From NCBI RefSeq assembly GCF_009914755.1, contig NC_060947.1: DNA of 64,000 nt; one strand, 5' to 3'. Position numbers and translations under genes: made by a program. This stretch comes from the human T2T-CHM13v2.0 reference genome, Homo sapiens. Of the stretch, positions 60,770 through 64,000 are shown piece by piece; the stretch's first letter is position 1; the number at the start of each line of letters is the position of its first letter. The notes beneath the pieces were generated by a model, which made no database searches, had not been told where the DNA came from, and saw nothing but the letters and a program-made list of their open reading frames with translations.

Positions 60770-61967
60770 TTAAGCAGAGAGTATGTGAGCCATAGATAGA
60801 TAGGGAGGGATGGAAGAACCAACAAGGCCCCAAATATTCCTGAGGTCTTACACTGGTTAGCACTGGGATGCCCATTCTGGCCACTCGTGTCCTCTCCCTG
60901 AGAGACCCAACTCACACCATGGCTGCCCAGCAGGCTAACGGCAAGCCACAGCTATGGCCAAGAACACTCGCTCCCACGTCTTTCTGACAGAGCTGCAGTG
61001 CTGACACCAAGCACCTTCCATTTGCTGATCCCCTCGCTCATGCAGTTGGGGTCCTCCTAACTGCATGGCCAGAAGGGTGGGATGAGGTGGCAGGAAGGAG
61101 AAAAAAGAGAGAGATAGGTGTACATTGGCACTGAGTAACTCCAGATTAAGGTAGTGTGGCCCTTTCCCCAGCTGATATCTGACCTTAAATGTATCCATCT
61201 TGAGCCTGGGAGACTGAGACTGCAGTGAGCTGTGATTGTGCCACTTTCCTGACCGGGCAACAGAGTGAGACCTGTCTCAACAACAACAACAAAAAAAAAA
61301 AAAAGAAAAGAAAAGAAAAAGAAAAAAGAGAAATTTCTCTTGTTCTAAGCCATAATGGTAATTTGTACACACAGCCCTAGGAAACTCATACAGTATCCCA
61401 AAGGCATGTCAAACTCCACCTGCTGAAGCACAAATCATTGCCTCCCCTCCTTGGCTCTTCCACTTCTTCCACTTCCAATCTTCCATTTATCTGTCTCTCA
61501 ACTCAGTTACTTAGCCCAGAAACCCAGGAGTTAGTTTTAACACACCCCCCACAACATCACCCCCGCACCCCACACTTCATTTCGAGGTCTTTGAGCCCTC
61601 GAAGCCCACGCCCCCAGCCTCCACTGTTTTCTGCTCATGCTAGCCAAGCCTCCAGGTGCGCCCCGCCTCCACCGGAAACCCGCAATCACCAGGAATTCCC
61701 ATCCTCAGCCTCCTCTCTCAGTGGCCCCTTCTGAAGGAGGCACGGAGGGACACCTGGCCCTCCCTGGCACTGTGCCTCCTCCAGCCATGGAGCATGGGCT
61801 GCTTTCCTCCCCACACCCCTCCTGACTACCCTGCTCAGGCAGGGGGTGGTGAAGGCGGCTTCCTGGCCCCACTCACCTTTTTCCACCTGCTTTCTCCCCA
61901 CTTAAATCCCCTGCCTTGAGGCTGCTGGTGTCCTGGGCTCATACCACCCTGTTCTCTGTGCAGGTGA

Positions 61968-63198
<1,231 letters not shown>

Positions 63199-63423
63199 TA
63201 ACATTCTAATTTCTCTCCTGTTGAAACTTTTGTAGTTAAAAGTGGTTTAGCAGTTAATCGTACTGATTTTTCATGAGATTTCCTTTTCCTCACTGCTACA
63301 GATAATGTTTCATATTTCCTGCACCATTACATTCCCCCCCCCCCCACCCAACAAGTATTGGGCAAGTAAAAAGTGCTCAAGAAATGTATGCTTACTGGCA
63401 ATTTTATTAAAATACAAAAAATA

Positions 63424-64000
<577 letters not shown>

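Noticed and set aside
60935-61198. 87-aa minus-strand ORF as a possible upstream GPR143 exon
   Set aside because: It lies among LTR/Alu remnants with no convincing donor and no homology.

Overview
Human (primate) genomic DNA, recognisable as Xp22.2. The window holds the complete 9-exon GPR143 (OA1, ocular albinism type 1 melanosomal GPCR) gene on the minus strand. Its spliced CDS is 48439->8382; the exon lengths 250+110+95+93+110+109+118+235+95 sum to 1215 nt (404 aa plus stop), and all junctions are GT-AG. About the first 2.4 kb is the distal 3' UTR and poly(A) site of a convergent plus-strand gene, most likely TBL1X (inferred from known synteny; no coding sequence is present). The rest is intronic or intergenic: dozens of Alus, a near full-length dead HSMAR2-type mariner, Tigger3/MER58/MER20/MER5 MITEs, a MER50-like solo LTR with an intact TSD, THE1/MLT1 LTRs, and L1/L2 fragments. 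Nearly all other ORFs in the track are Alu or low-complexity noise. No novel protein-coding system is supported. The most unusual features are non-coding: (1) a 44-bp minisatellite built from copies of the exon 1 splice donor; (2) two independent, locally templated inverted insertions inside Alus; (3) a ~3-kb strand-asymmetric GAATTGTGGGAGA array with higher-order structure; (4) a palindromic ETS-CRE-ETS plus E-box cluster in intron 2; (5) several latent or cryptic exons. Repeat family names are from recalled consensus sequences and repeat boundaries are approximate.
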